Assembly: GCA_950097015.1 (NCBI GenBank)
Contig: CATNEN010000032.1
Coordinates: 2,666,001-2,730,000 of the forward strand
From: Macrostomum hystrix
Lineage: Eukaryota > Animalia > Platyhelminthes
Reading direction: 5' to 3'
Length of the DNA stretch: 64,000 nt
The translations under genes and the position numbers were made by a program. This document shows, one piece after another, positions 13,401-25,826 of the stretch. The first letter of the stretch is position 1. The number at the start of each line of letters is the position of its first letter. The notes under the pieces were generated by a model. It did no database searches and was not told the origin of the DNA. It saw only the letters and a list, made by a program, of their open reading frames with translations.

Positions 13401-16400
13401 TGACAGCTTGAGCATACCTAATAGGTACCTGTCTGCAGCTTTCTGCTCCTCTGAAATCCCATTTCCGTCTCCATCTATTCGATCATGCTTCGGTCTCTTT
13501 AGAATAATTTTTCTTGCATTTCCAGTTTTCCTGTTATATCCTTACGTCTGGTGACTGGTTTGAAATATAAATGTTTCGGAAGTGATTTGTGCTCGGACTA
13601 ATGGACTGAATATTGGAGAGAAATTGGTCTTTGAAAAATGGGCTAGACTTGGGACAGTAAAGTAGGGAATTACATTCTTGTTAACATGGTCACTGAATGA
13701 CCAAGATGGAAATAGATAATGACCCACTCACTTAATAAACGTGATGGAAATAGATAATGACCCACTCACTGAATGACCAAGATGGAAATAGATAATGACC
13801 CACTCACTGAGTGACCAAGATGGAAGTAGATAATGACCCACTCACTGAATGACCAAGATGGAAGTAGATAATGACCCACTCACTGAATGACTGTGATGGA
13901 AATAGATAATGACCCACTCACTGAATGACCAAGATGGAAATAGATAATGACCCACTCACTTAATAAACGTGATGGAAATAGATAATGACCCTCTCACTTA
14001 ATAAACGTGATGGAAATAGATAATGACCCACTCACTGAGTGACCAAGATGGAAGTAGATAATGACCCACTCACTGAGTGACCAAGATGGAAGTAGATAAT
14101 GACCCACTCACTGAGTGACCAAGATGGAAGTAGATAATGACCCACTCACTGAGTGACCAAGATGGAAGTAGATAATGACCCACTCACTGAATGACTGAGA
14201 TGGAAGTAGATAATGACCCACTCACTGAGTGACCAAGATGGAAATAGATAATGACCCACTCACTTAATAAACGTGATGGAAATAGATAATGACCCACTCA
14301 CTTAATAAACGTGATGGAAATAGATAATGACCCACTCACTTAATAAACGTGATGGAAATAGATAATGACCCACTCACTGAGTGACCAAGATGGAAGTAGA
14401 TAATGACCAAGAGGGAAATAGATAACGGACCCACTCACTGAATGACTGAGAGGGAAATAGATAACGGACCCACTCACTGAATGACTGAGATGGAAATAGA
14501 TAACGGACCCACTCACTGAATGACTAAGATGGAAGTAGATAACGGACCCACTCACTGAATGACCAAGGGGGAAGTAGGTTATGACTGGCGTTATGTTGTA
14601 GTTAGATAGCAATATAGAACTATGTGTTTAAGTTTAGTATCTAGGATATTTGAAAGCAGTTATTTCTGTTATTAATTCAGTCCAGCAGAATAAGACCAAC
14701 TTGATAAAATATCATCGAGCGGAGTAACAATTTCGTTGCCCGAGTGCAGATAAAATATTTGCCCACTGGAAAGGAACACGATATTCAATAAAAGCAAATA
14801 GGAAGTTACCGGAGAGGTGACAGCAGCTTAACTGTCAGAGTTCCCGCCTATGGATAAATTCTGGAAAAACACCGCCACACACACACCAAACAGACAGAAA
14901 GACGGACGGACAGCTCTCTAGGATTGTCTGATAAAACCTGAAGGCTCACCAACTATGCATGCGAACTATATACAGCATAATCATCTAGTGCAGGGGGTCG
15001 GCAAACTTATTACGACTCGTAGCAAGCGGGCCAAAAATAAAACCTAAAATACGACAGCGGGCCGCGCAAACTGCAGAAATCTAAGAGAAATATATCAGAG
15101 ATAGGGGAGAGATGAGAAACAGGAGAGATGAGAGAGAGAAGAGATGAGACAAAGGAGAGATATGGTACGGGAGAGACGAGACAATGGCGAGATGAGACAC
15201 TGGATAGATGAGACACGGGAGAGACGAGACATGGGAGAGATGACATACGGGAGAGATGGAGACACGGGAGAGATAAGACACAGGAGAGGTGAGACAATGG
15301 AGAGACAAGGCACGCAACAGACGAGAGATTGGAGAGATAAGACACGGGAGAGACGAGACAATGGAGAGATAAGACACGGGAGAGTTGACACACGGGAGAG
15401 ATGAGACAGGGGGAAAGGCAACACACGGGAGAGATGAGGCAGGGGAAAGATGAAACTGTATACAATAGGTGTCGGAACGGGCAACGGGCCGGATTTGGGA
15501 GCTTTGAGGGCCGCATCTGGCACGCGGGCCGGAGTTTGCCAACCCCTGATCTAGTGTATGCGGTAACATAATAGTAGAAAATAGTCATCTACTTCTACTG
15601 ACCCATTTCAGCAGGAAAGATGTGAAGCGCAGATAGTGCACGGCCCTAGCAACTTTCAATGGGGTGGGTGACTGGGCTTGCGTGGGATCAGGATAGTTCC
15701 CTACCCCCAGAGCGACCCGGGGAAATTGGGCAGAGGGGGGCGGTGGCTTGAGAATGGCGCGAATTCGAGTAGCCGCGGAGTGGGGTGGGTGAGGAGTCCG
15801 AGCGAATAAAATTAATGCAACTCCCATCGAAGGGCCTAAAGTTGATTGTCGGGGACGCGATGGCGACCTGTGGGCATAAAAATCCCTATTTTCTTTCTAG
15901 TCTCCAAGCACTGGGGCTGCCTTTCAGTTCTTCTAAAGTAGAAAAACAAGAACTGATCTTGATCTGATGCAGAGAAGGTGGCTTTGAGCGACGAAAAAAT
16001 CTTTTTTCTTGCTTTTAGTGATCAATTTAGATCCGTAAAATTCGAAAAATTTTAATTCTGACTGAAGCTAAGTACCTGTTCCATTTTGCGACCACAGGTG
16101 AGCAGTCAGATGGAGATAGTGAGGTGTCAGATTGGAGATAGTGAGGTGTCAGATGGAGACAGTGAGGTGTCAGATGGAGACAGTGTGGTGTCAGATGGAG
16201 ACAGTGTGGTGTCAGATGGAGACAGTGTAGTGTCAGATGGAGACAGTGTGGTGTCAGATGGAGATAGTGAGGTGTCAGATGGAGACAGTGTGGTGTCAGA
16301 TGGAGACAGTGTGGTGTCAGATTGGAGATAGTGAGGTGTCAGATGGAGACAGTGTGGTGTCAGATTGGAGATAGTGTGGTGTCAGATGGAGACAGTGTGG

Positions 16401-18676
16401 TGTCAGATGGAGACAGTGTGGTGTCAGATTGGAGATAGTGAGGTGTCAGATGAAGACAGTGAGGTGTCAGATGAAGACAGTGTGGTGTCAGATGAAGACA
16501 GTGAGGTGTCAGATGAAGACAGTGAGGTGTCAGATGAAGACAGTGTGGTGTCAGATGAAGACAGTGAGGTGTCAGTTAAGAGACAGCGAGGTGTCAAATA
16601 CGAGCAGCTTGATCTGTAAAAGGTAATCGAGGAATTAAGTTGCAGTTTCAAATCAGTCATTCCAAGCGGACTGTTATTTGATAACTCCAAGAATGCTGAA
16701 TCCTATCCTGTCAGAACTGGGAGGACTTGATGTTCCAGGTGCACAGACTGGTTGCGCGGTACCGCACTGAGGGTTGGCGAGTGGACCAGCCTAATAAATC
16801 ATAAAACACGTTGGGAGGACTTAATGTAAAGTTTACCATTCCGCTGCCAATCTACCTTTGGCAGGTAAATGCAATACTAGACTAGCTTATAGCCCAAACA
16901 TTAGGCTTGTTTTTCCCTGTGTGCGTGTGTGTGTGCCCGCATCTTCCCTATGGCTGCTCCTGCTGTAGAAAAGAATTATGGGAGCAACGGGAGCCAGATT
17001 TGGGCAATGGGAGGCAAGCAGAGACGAATGGGAATAGTCAAGCCGAAAATAGATTTAGGAGCATCGGAGATAGGATTTCACCGTTTGTTTTTTCGGTAGC
17101 TACTTAATTCGGGCCATATATTGCCAATCTGGTTACAGGCTGTACGGGCTGTACAACTAGGCAGTAGTACTGCAAAAATGCAGATAGTAGCGTACCCAGC
17201 CTGATGAATCACCCAGTATACAATGTACTCAGCGGGACGAGTCATCCGGCTAGCAATGTACATAGCCTGATGAATCACCCAGTATACAATGTACTCAGCG
17301 GGACGAGTCATCCGGCTAGCAATGTACATAGCCTGATGAATCACCCAGCATACAATGTACTCAGCGGGACGAGTCATCCGGCTAGCAATGTACATAGCCT
17401 GATGAATCACCCAGTATACAATGTACTCAGCGGGACGAGTCATCCGGCTAGCAATGTACATAGCCTGATGAATCACCCAGTATACAATGTACTCAGCGGG
17501 ACGAGTCATCCGGCTAGCAATGTACATAGCCTGATGAATCACCCAGCATACAATGTACTCATGAGTCAAATAGCTAATGATGTACACTGCCTTATGAGTC
17601 GCAAATGAGCATGACCATGAACAGTCATCCAGCTAGAGATGTACGCAGCCAGCCATACAGCAAGCGATGTACATAATCTAGCTAGGAATTTACACAGTCG
17701 GATAAATGGCCACCCGCACCTGCGGCATGATGCTGACAACGCTGACGAGCACGATGGTGGTCAGCAGCTTGGTGGTCCGGGTCGTCTGTTTGTCATCGTT
17801 GACAGCGGCCGCGTGCTGCTGATTGCCAGCTGGCGTCGCAGACTTGCCTCCGGAGCGCAGAGTCCGCCGACGCGCGTCCGTCCGCTTCAGCGACCTGATG
17901 AGGAAGATGCTGAGAATAGTGAGGAGCAGGACTGGGAGGAATTTTATGCCGATGCCGATGATCCAAAAGCAGAGGCTGTTCAGCACCGAGTCCTGCGAGA
18001 ACTTGAAGCCGAATGTGTAATAGGACGCGTTGATGTCCAGCCGGCAGGAGTTGAGGCGCAGGGCGACTATCTTGGAGTCGGTTGGTGTCACATGATGCCC
18101 CAGAGCATTTGGCACCACCATGCCGACTGAGGCGGCCGCTGCTAGACCGATGGCCAGGCGGGCGGTCCGCCCGGTGCACAGCTGCTTGCTCCGCACCGGC
18201 AGTTCAATGTAGACCAGGCGAAAAGCTGCTAGAGCCACCGTGATCCAGGAGCTGCAGGCGTGCGCGAAGATTGTTACGCACAGCTGAGCCCATAGAAACT
18301 GTTGCCACGGCAGCGGCTCGGGGCAGTCCAGCTTCAGCCGGTTGTTCATTGTGAAGTACAGGCAGAACGGCAGGTAGACACTGGACATCATACAGTCAGA
18401 GATTGCCAGCGCCATCAGCAAGGTGTTGGTCGGGTTGCGAATGGAGGGCTGTGAAAATACGGCGATATTGATGAGGTTGGTGGTGACACCCAGGCTGCAC
18501 ACGAATGTGGCCAGGTATTTGTGCACATCCGGGTAGCGACTGGACAGTGCGGCCAGGAGTTGGGGCACCGGGTCGCAGGCGGTCTGGTTGTCGAAGACCG
18601 CAGCGGACTCAGCCATATCGTCGAACTGATCGGAGCAAAGTTTTGAAATTTTATAATTGTTGTCGGTTATGAGCAT
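7495..18676 (-). CDS. Rhodopsin-family peptide GPCR, DmsR/myosuppressin-receptor-like (Srw type), 2 coding exons
   Basis: Exon 1 18676 (or ATG 18616) to 17720: HKYLATFVCSLGVTTNLINIAVF...RNPTNTLLMALAISD, HACSSWITVALAAFR. Donor CAG|GTGCGG, phase 0. Exon 2 7875-7495 after ATCCGCAG: AVLYFLL...LGDVFDLMTLFNHSINFFFYYGMSEQFR (TM7 and helix 8). Joined frame is continuous, 425-445 aa. Confidence 0.9.
7935..8227. repeat. 22-bp minisatellite next to the GPCR intron acceptor
   Basis: (ATCCCTAGATGAGGACCCATCT)n with 21-bp variants. Confidence 0.95.
8365..8545 (+). mobile_element. Decayed SINE, family B (CORE-like domain)
   Basis: TCCTTGAGAAAAATACTTGA...GAGTTCACCGAGCTTTTAAATGGGTGCCAGCAT...CAGTCCACGGACTGAA...CTTTGAAAGG matches the minus-strand copy at 22215-22400 and the split copy at 52655-53137. 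Confidence 0.6.
9150..9755. repeat. 20-bp minisatellite
   Basis: (GGTAGACAGTTGGTTGCTAT)n with degenerate edges. Confidence 0.95.
10845..13080. repeat. 20-bp minisatellite, ~2.2 kb
   Basis: (GGGATTCAAGGAAAGACACA)n with GCTACA and GATACA variant units. Confidence 0.97.
13690..14570. repeat. 38-bp minisatellite
   Basis: (GATGGAAATAGATAATGACCCACTCACTGAATGACCAA)n. Confidence 0.95.
14991..15548 (+). mobile_element. hAT-type MITE with internal minisatellite, copy 2 (558 bp)
   Basis: Ends CAGGGGGTCGGCAAACT / AGTTTGCCAACCCCTG; perfect 8-bp TSD ATCTAGTG on both sides; internal array is degenerate. Confidence 0.92.
16100..16590. repeat. 21-bp minisatellite
   Basis: (GTCAGATGGAGACAGTGTGGT)n. Confidence 0.95.
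17195..17560. repeat. 66-bp minisatellite near the GPCR intron donor
   Basis: AGCCTGATGAATCACCCAGTATACAATGTACTCAGCGGGACGAGTCATCCGGCTAGCAATGTACAT, about 5.5 copies, degenerate remnants to ~17660. Confidence 0.95.
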
Positions 18677-18789
18677 TGATGTTGATTGATTAAAAATTAA
18701 TGAGCGATTGGGTTAACTCCTATTGGAGTCAGGCTGGTCGTGAGATAGAACTACGAGAAAGGAGCCAAGGATTAAGGGGACATGGATTT

Positions 18790-19490
18790 AAGGAGCTAAT
18801 AATTTAAGGAGCTAAGGAGCTAAGGAGCTAAGGATTCTAAGAGATAAGGAGCTAAGGATTCTAGGAGATAAGGAGCTAAGGATTCTAGGAGATAAGGAGC
18901 TAAGGATTCTAGAAGAGAAGGAGCTAAGGAGCTAAGGATTCTAGGAGATAAGGAGCTAAGGAGCTAAGGATTCTAGGAGATAAGGAGCTAAGGATTCTAG
19001 GAGATAAGGAGCTAAGGATTCTAGGAGATAAGGAGCTAAGGATTCTAGAAGAGAAGGAGCTAAGGAGCTAAGGATTCTAGGAGATAAGGAGCTAAGGAGC
19101 TAAGGATTCTAGGAGATAAGGAGCTAAGGAGCTAAGGATTCTAGGAGATAAGGAGCTAAGGAGCTAAGGATTCTAGGAGATAAGGAGCTAAGGAGCTAAG
19201 GAGCTAAGGAGCTAAGGATTCTAGGAGATAAGGAGCTAAGGAGCTAAGGATTCTAGGAGATAAGGAGCTAAGGAGCTAAGGATTCTAGGAGATAAGGAGC
19301 TAAGGAGCTAAGGAGCTAAGGAGATAAGGAGCTAAGGAGCTAAGGAGCTAAGGATTCTAGGAGCTAAGGAGCTAAGGAGCTAAGGATTCTAGGAGATAAG
19401 GAGCTAAGGAGCTAAGGAGCTAAGGAGCTAAGGAGCTAAGGAGCTAAGGATTCTAGGAGATAAGGATTTTAGGAGATAAGGATTTTAGGA
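18790..19490. repeat. Composite array of three 8-bp words
   Basis: AGGAGCTA, AGGATTCT and AGGAGATA interspersed. Confidence 0.93.
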
Positions 19491-19869
19491 ATCGTGCGAT
19501 AATGGAGCTAAGGAGGTAAGGCGCTAATGATTTGGGGGTCTCGCTTGTAGGATTTATCACGAAATGTATAACAAAAATCTATATGCAAATTCCAAATTAA
19601 GCTTAAATCTTCAGGAGGGTAAGTCTCAGAGATCCCACCGCCTTGCAGTCATCCCTGACAAGGGGATATCTTTGATTCAGATTAACTAGCTTCCTGGATC
19701 TGTTGAAAAGCCCCGCCCTTAACCTTGAGCAGATGGGAGATTGGAAAATGTCAAGCAGAAACGACTGACTTCAACTGACTTCTGCCAGCGTTACCGCGTG
19801 ACTCCATTCGTCTGTTGAAGAGCACGATAATGAACTTTCATACCCAAGCCAGTGTGCTCGGGACAGCTT

Positions 19870-20130
19870 GATCAGACAGAAGAGCGACAGAAGAGAGACA
19901 GAAGAGACACAGGAGAGAGATAGAAGAGACACAGGAGAGAGACAGAAGAGACACAGGAGAGAGACAGAAGAGACACAGGAGAGAGACAGAAGAGACACAG
20001 GAGAGAGACAGAAGAGACACAGGAGAGAGACAGAAGAGACACAGGAGAGAGACAGAAGAGACACAGACAGACAGACAGCCAGACAGCCAGACAGACAGAC
20101 AGACAGACAGCCAGACAGACAGACAGAGAC
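19870..20130. repeat. 22-bp purine-rich minisatellite followed by (GACA)n
   Basis: (GAGACACAGGAGAGAGACAGAA)n, then a GACA/GCCA microsatellite. Confidence 0.93.
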
Positions 20131-20699
20131 AGGACTGGAGAATCAGGGCAAGCGCGTACGCACCAGTGCACTCTGCTGTCGCGAGACAAATGCCTCATAA
20201 AGCATGCGCGCCTTGGTGTGCCTATTTGTTCTGGTAGCAAAAAAACACCGGAAACATCTTTTAGAAAGCATAAATAACTATTGCCTTTTTACAGCGCCCA
20301 CCTTCCTCTTCCTCCTCTGCGCCCGCCCAGCTAAAATGACTTTCCTGATTAAAGGACTAAAATGTTGAATTTCAACAGTGTTCTGAGCACACTGCTCAGC
20401 AAACGAAGCCAATTTTGTTTTGCTGCTTTCACATCATTCGGTGGCTCTGGGTTCGAATCCGCAATATGTAATATTCAATTTTGAGAAGAAACAGCCCCAA
20501 AATGGTTGGTCGAAAATTTCCAGCAGTGTGGCTTTCTCGCAAAAAAAGTTCACTTATCGCCGAAATTTTCATGCCCGGATTTCCATACCGGGATTTACTT
20601 TGCCGAGATTTTCCCTCGATAATTTTCTAACTGAAATTTCTTCCTGTAAGGAGTTTAACACCACAATTTCTTGAGCAAGATTCTTCTGCTGCGATTTCT

Positions 20700-21010
20700 A
20701 CTCACATATTTCCCCACACGGATTTCCCCATAGGTATTACCACATAGGGATTTCCCCTCAGGGATTTCCGCTCAGGGATTTCCCCTCAGGGATTTCCCCT
20801 CTGGGATTTCCGCTCAGGGATTTCCCCTCAGGGATTTCCCATCAGGGATTTCCCCACAGGGATTCCCGATCGGGATTTCCCGGATTTGGATTTCCCAATA
20901 GGTACTTCCTTATCGGAATTTCTCCAGAGTGATTTGCCCACCTTTATGCTCCAAAGGTTTTCCCTCCTAATTGCTTTCTCCAGAATTTCTCAACGGGATT
21001 TTCCTATCGA
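20700..21010. repeat. Degenerate GGGATTTCCC-type array, locus 1
   Basis: Repeated AGGGATTTCCCCTC-like units; same family as 22420-22800. Confidence 0.8.
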
Positions 21011-21546
21011 AATTTCTCTGTCGCTATCGTACATGCAATAGGAGTGCCCAGAAAATCTTACAAATGGAGAATCTAGGCGGGCATTGCTCATAGACTCGTT
21101 GCAGTAAATCGCATTCCATTAGTGCGCCAATACAGTCTTTGGGAAAACTAGCTCTTGTTCTCTTTCCTTCCTCTCTTAATACATCTGCTCAAGGATCAGC
21201 TGAAGGTAGCGTTAATGAGAACACGACTCCACTGCACGAGACTCAAACGTTGCGCCTTATATTTAGAAGCGCCTTTGTCGCTTCAGAGCAGAGCAAAGCA
21301 AAAAAATAGTACAATTCTTGGATATTTCTCCAATATCCACATATTCCGCGAATTCAAGCTCTTTGAACTCTGCAGGACTGAGATTGGGGATAATAGGGCC
21401 AGGGGAGGCAAAGGAGCAAAATGATTTCGACCAGCTATTGGAAACAGGCACTAGAGGAACTAGAAAATGGGGTGGGGTCCTGACTTTTGTGGCCGTTTTT
21501 TGAAGCCTCTATTGTGAACCACCTGTGCGTCTGACAGCCAACATTT

Positions 21547-21835
21547 GACTGAGACTAGAGATCTGCTAGCTGAGACTAGAGATCTGCTAGCTGAGACTAG
21601 AGATCTGCTAGTTGAGACTAGAGATCTGCTAGTTGAGACTAGAGAGAGTAGAGAAATGTGGGTGAGATTGGAGAATCATGGGGTGAGACTAGAGAGCTGC
21701 TAGCTGAGACTAGAGAGAGTAGGAGAATCATCGGGTGAGATTGGAGAATCATCGGGTGAGATTGGAGAATCATCGGGTGAGATTGGAGAATCATCGGGTG
21801 AGATTGGAGAATCATGGGGTGAGATTGGAGAATTT
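21547..21835. repeat. Two adjacent 21-bp minisatellites
   Basis: (GAGACTAGAGATCTGCTAGCT)n, then (GGAGAATCATCGGGTGAGATT)n. Confidence 0.9.
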
Positions 21836-22214
21836 GGGTCGGATTTAAACAAACACGTGAAAAGAGTTTCAAGTGGTGATGCAGGGTCAGCTTTGACACC
21901 ATATTATTTAGCCCGCTCATGCCATTCCATCGGAGTGCTAATTATCCTGCAGCCTGTTTAAATATGCATGCAATGCCCGGCTGTTTGATGGCAGCTTTGA
22001 ATGAGCTGTGACTCTTGTCGTCACCTGTCTCCATTGATGCTGGCTCAGTGATAATCATGGCCAAACTAACTCAACCCTGTGGCTAGCAAATCCATTAGTC
22101 AAACTTTCCGACTTTTTATAGATCCTGATATATTATTCAGATGTCCCATCTTCATTTTGTATAGTCAATAGAATATAGAGAATATAGATGACACCTTAGC
22201 CAAGTTTTGGGCCA

Positions 22215-22400
22215 AAATTTGCAGCCATTCGAACCGCCCCAGCTATTGCGCGACCCTTTCAAAGCCTGTGTACAGTTATTCAGTCCATGGACTGGGGAGG
22301 GTCGCAACACCCACCCTAAATTTCTACAACCAGCGAATGCTGGCACCCGTTTTACAGCCGGTTGAACTGAAGCACAAGTAGGGAACTAAGTGTCTTGCTC
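22215..22400 (-). mobile_element. SINE family B (CORE-like domain) fragment
   Basis: Minus strand: TCCTTGAGCAAGACACTTAG...TGCTTCAGTTCAACCGGCTGTAAAACGGGTGCCAGCATTCGCTGG...CAGTCCATGGACTGAA. Confidence 0.7.
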
Positions 22401-22419
22401 AAGGACTCAAATTGCCTCC

Positions 22420-22800
22420 ACTCAAAATTCTCCCAGGTATTTTCCAACAGGGATTTCCCCACGGAGATTTCCTAACAGGTATTTCCCGAAATGGTTTTCC
22501 CAAAGGGATTCCCCCAAAGTATTTCCCCGAAGGGATTTTTGCCTCAGGGTATTTCTCACAGGGATTTCCCACAGGGATTTTCCCACAGGGATTTTCCCAC
22601 AGGGGTTTCCACACGGAGATTTCCTAACAGGGATTTCTCCAAAGGTATTTCCCCAAAATGGGTTTCCAAAAATGATTCCCCCAAGGTGATTTCCCCGAGG
22701 GGATTTTTGCCACAGTGTTTTTCTCACAGGAATTTTCCCACAGGGATTTTCTAACAGGAATTCGCCACAGAGATTTCCCCACTGGAATGTCCTCCGAATT
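22420..22800. repeat. Degenerate GGGATTTCCC-type array, locus 2
   Basis: Repeated AGGGATTTTCCCAC-like units. Confidence 0.8.
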
Positions 22801-23364
22801 TATTTCTAAGGTGTTTTCCTAAGCTGTTCCTATAGGTGTCACGACTTGGGGGTCGGGGGTTCGATTACCTACCCAACTGATGCGGCTGTCGGCTGCACAT
22901 ATGGCCAAATTTGGACTGGTGCAATAAAATAAATTTTCACTTTTGCTATTTTTATTATTTCAATTTTACAAGTACTCATACAACGTTGACTAATTGATTT
23001 TCAGACCGGTATGTCAGCATTGGCAGGGAAATAGTATTCATGTAAGATTAGAAACAATTTGTAAATAACTTATTCGTGTATTCGTATCTAGCTGCAATTT
23101 ACAATCACAAGAAAATGCGGACGGATAAAAAAGGTCGCGTTTCGGGATTTTCCCTAATTTGATTTACTTGTCCACTGATACGGGTTCAGTTCTTGTGGAT
23201 TTTGATCAGCCGAATGGGATCATTGGTAAAGGACGGACAGGGTAGTGTGACACAGTTGGTGGTACAGAAGCATTTGTGTAAATAGAAATAGGGGGGTGAT
23301 TCTGAATTTGAAACTGACTGACATTGCCACCACTGACCTGATGGACCAAAGTAGTTCATCGTAT

Positions 23365-25030
23365 TGGCATGAGAAACTAGTCGGCATGAGAAACTAGTTG
23401 GCATGAGAAACTAGTCGGCATGAGAAACTAGTCGGCATGAGAAACTAGTTGGCATGAGAAACTAGTCGGCATGAGAAACTAGTTGGCATGAGAAACTAGT
23501 CGGCATGAGAAACTAGTTGGCATGAGAAACTAGTCGGCATGAGAAACTAGTTGGCATGAGAAACTAGTCGGCATGAGAAACTAGTCGGCATGAGAAACTA
23601 GTTGGCATGAGAAACTAGTTGGGATGAGAAACTAGTTGGGATGAGAAACTAGTTGGCATGAGAAACTAGTTGGCATGAGAAACTAGTCGGCATGAGAAAC
23701 TAGTTGGCATGAGAAACTAGTTGGGATGAGAAACTAGTTGGCATGAGAAACTAGTCGGCATGAGAAACTAGTCGGCATGAGAAACTAGTCGGCATGAGAA
23801 ACTAGTTGGCATGAGAAACTAGTTGGCATGAGAAACTAGTTGGGATGAGAAACTAGTTGGCATGAGAAACTAGTTGGGATGAGAAACTAGTTGGGATGAG
23901 AAACTAGTTGGGATGAGAAACTAGTTGAGATGAGAAACTAGTTGGGATGAGAAACTAGTTGGCATGAGAAACTAGTTGGCATGAGAACTAGTTGCATGAG
24001 AACTAGTTGGGATGAGAAACTAGTTGGCATGAGAAACTAGTTGGGATGAGAAACTAGTCGGCAAGAGAAATTAGTTGGGATGAGAAACTAGTTGGCCTGA
24101 GAAGCTAGTTGGCATGAGAAACTAGTCGGCAAGAGAAACTAGTTGGCATGAGAAACTAGTTGGGATGAGAAACTAGTCGGCATGAGAAACTAGTTGGGAT
24201 GAGAAACTAGTTGGCCTGAGAAACTAGTTGGCATGAGAAACTAGTCGGCATGAGAAACTAGTCGGCATGAGAAACTAGTTGGGATGAGAAACTAGTTGGC
24301 CTGAGAAACTAGTTGGCATTAGAAACTAGTTGGCATGAGAAACTAGTTGGCATTAGAAACTAGTTGGCATGAGAAACTAGTTGGCATGAGAAACTAGTTA
24401 GATAAGAAACTAGTTGGCATGAGAAACTAGTTGGCATGAGAAACTAGTTGGCATGAGAAACTAGTTGGCATGAGAAACTAGTTGGCATGAGAAACTAGTC
24501 GGCAAGAGAAACTAGTTGGCATGAGAAACTAGTTGGCATGAGAAACTAGTCGGCATGAGAAACTAGTTGGCATGAGAAACTAGTTGGCATGAGAAACTAG
24601 TCGGCATGAGAAACTAGTTGGCATGAGAAACTACTTGACATGAGAAACTAGTTGGCATGAGAAACTAGTCGGCATGAGAAACTAGTTGGCATGAGAAACT
24701 AGTTGGCATGAGAAACTACTTGACATGAGAAACTAGTTGGCATGAGAAACTACTTGACATGAGAAACTAGTTGGCATGAGAAACTACTTGACATGAGAAA
24801 CTAGTTGGCATGAGAAACTAGTTGGCATGAGAAACTAGTTGGCATGAGAAACTAGTCGGCATGAGAAACTAGTTGGCATGAGAAACTACTTGACATGAGA
24901 AACTAGTTGGCATGAGAAACTAGTTACATAAGAAACAGTTGGCATGAGAAACTAGTTTGGATGAGAAACTAGTCGGCATGAGAAACTAGTTGGGATGAGA
25001 AACTAGTTGGCATGAGAAACTAGTTGATAT
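23365..25030. repeat. 17-bp minisatellite, ~1.7 kb
   Basis: (GGCATGAGAAACTAGTT)n. Confidence 0.97.
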
Positions 25031-25676
25031 GAAAAAGTAGAAAACTATTACTGAGAAAGTAGTAGGCAATAGTAAGGTCAATAGACCTTAGTCTATTAGA
25101 AACTAATAGACTTAATATATTAGTTACGGCAAGAGAAGGACCCCACTAAATTAATGCTGAATGATGTCAAGTCACTTACATTTACCTAGTACGAGCTCGT
25201 ATTGTAAGCAACGAGTCGACTTTCAATTGGCAGACGAATACAGCCTGCTTTATATACGAACTTTTTTTCGCTCCTAGAAGCTGACAGAAGACACACTTGA
25301 AATAGTCTGATAGCCTTTTCAGTTAAAGACGAACAGCAGAATCGAAGGCAATGGTTTCTGCGGAAGCTACGGGTTTCTCTGTATGCTGCTTGAATTATCC
25401 AAGGATATAACAGTGTTTTATTCTCTCTGTGCTTATCTCCCCTCACTCCCAGATCCCCTCAAGCTATATACTCCAAAAGCAAATTGTGAGGCTTTTCCAA
25501 TCCGCCCAACCCCAGCTAATGGCTATGCAGGCCAATCAGCGTTTTTTCTGAGGGACCTGTAGAATTTTAGCAAATAATAGTCTAATTTAATCTCACACCC
25601 ATTGGACACATTGGCCATTGGCTGTTGGATGCCATATAGACATATAAATGTGAATGTCATGCTGCACGCGTAATAC

Positions 25677-25826
25677 ACCAATATTGATAGGCTGTTGAAG
25701 GGCTGAAACGAGGAAAAACGTCGAGGCGTTTCACATTTCACATTGTAGTTAGCCTTCGCGTGTTGTCGCGCTACGCGCCTCGACGTTTTACCTCGTTTCA
25801 GCCCTCTGCAGCCTATCCATATTGGT
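25677..25826. repeat. Imperfect inverted repeat (foldback), ~50-bp arms
   Basis: ACCAATATTGATAGGCTGTTGAAGGGCTGAAACGAGGAAAAACGTCGAGGCG pairs with CGCCTCGACGTTTTACCTCGTTTCAGCCCTCTGCAGCCTATCCATATTGGT across a ~47-nt spacer. Confidence 0.85.

Noticed and set aside
17195-17560. CTGATGA in the 66-bp repeat (and CTGACGA..GAAA at ~57378) as hammerhead cores
   Set aside because: The 66-mer has no GAAA after a stem II; in the SINE only 3 nt separate the two motifs, too few for stem II.
20700-22800. GGGATTTCCC units as clustered NF-kB sites
   Set aside because: A motif match inside a degenerate satellite is not evidence of binding, and I cannot show the factor exists in this organism.
1127-25030. Regular 17-38 bp repeats resembling CRISPR arrays
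   Set aside because: Units are head to tail with no unique spacers, there are no cas genes, and the context is eukaryotic.
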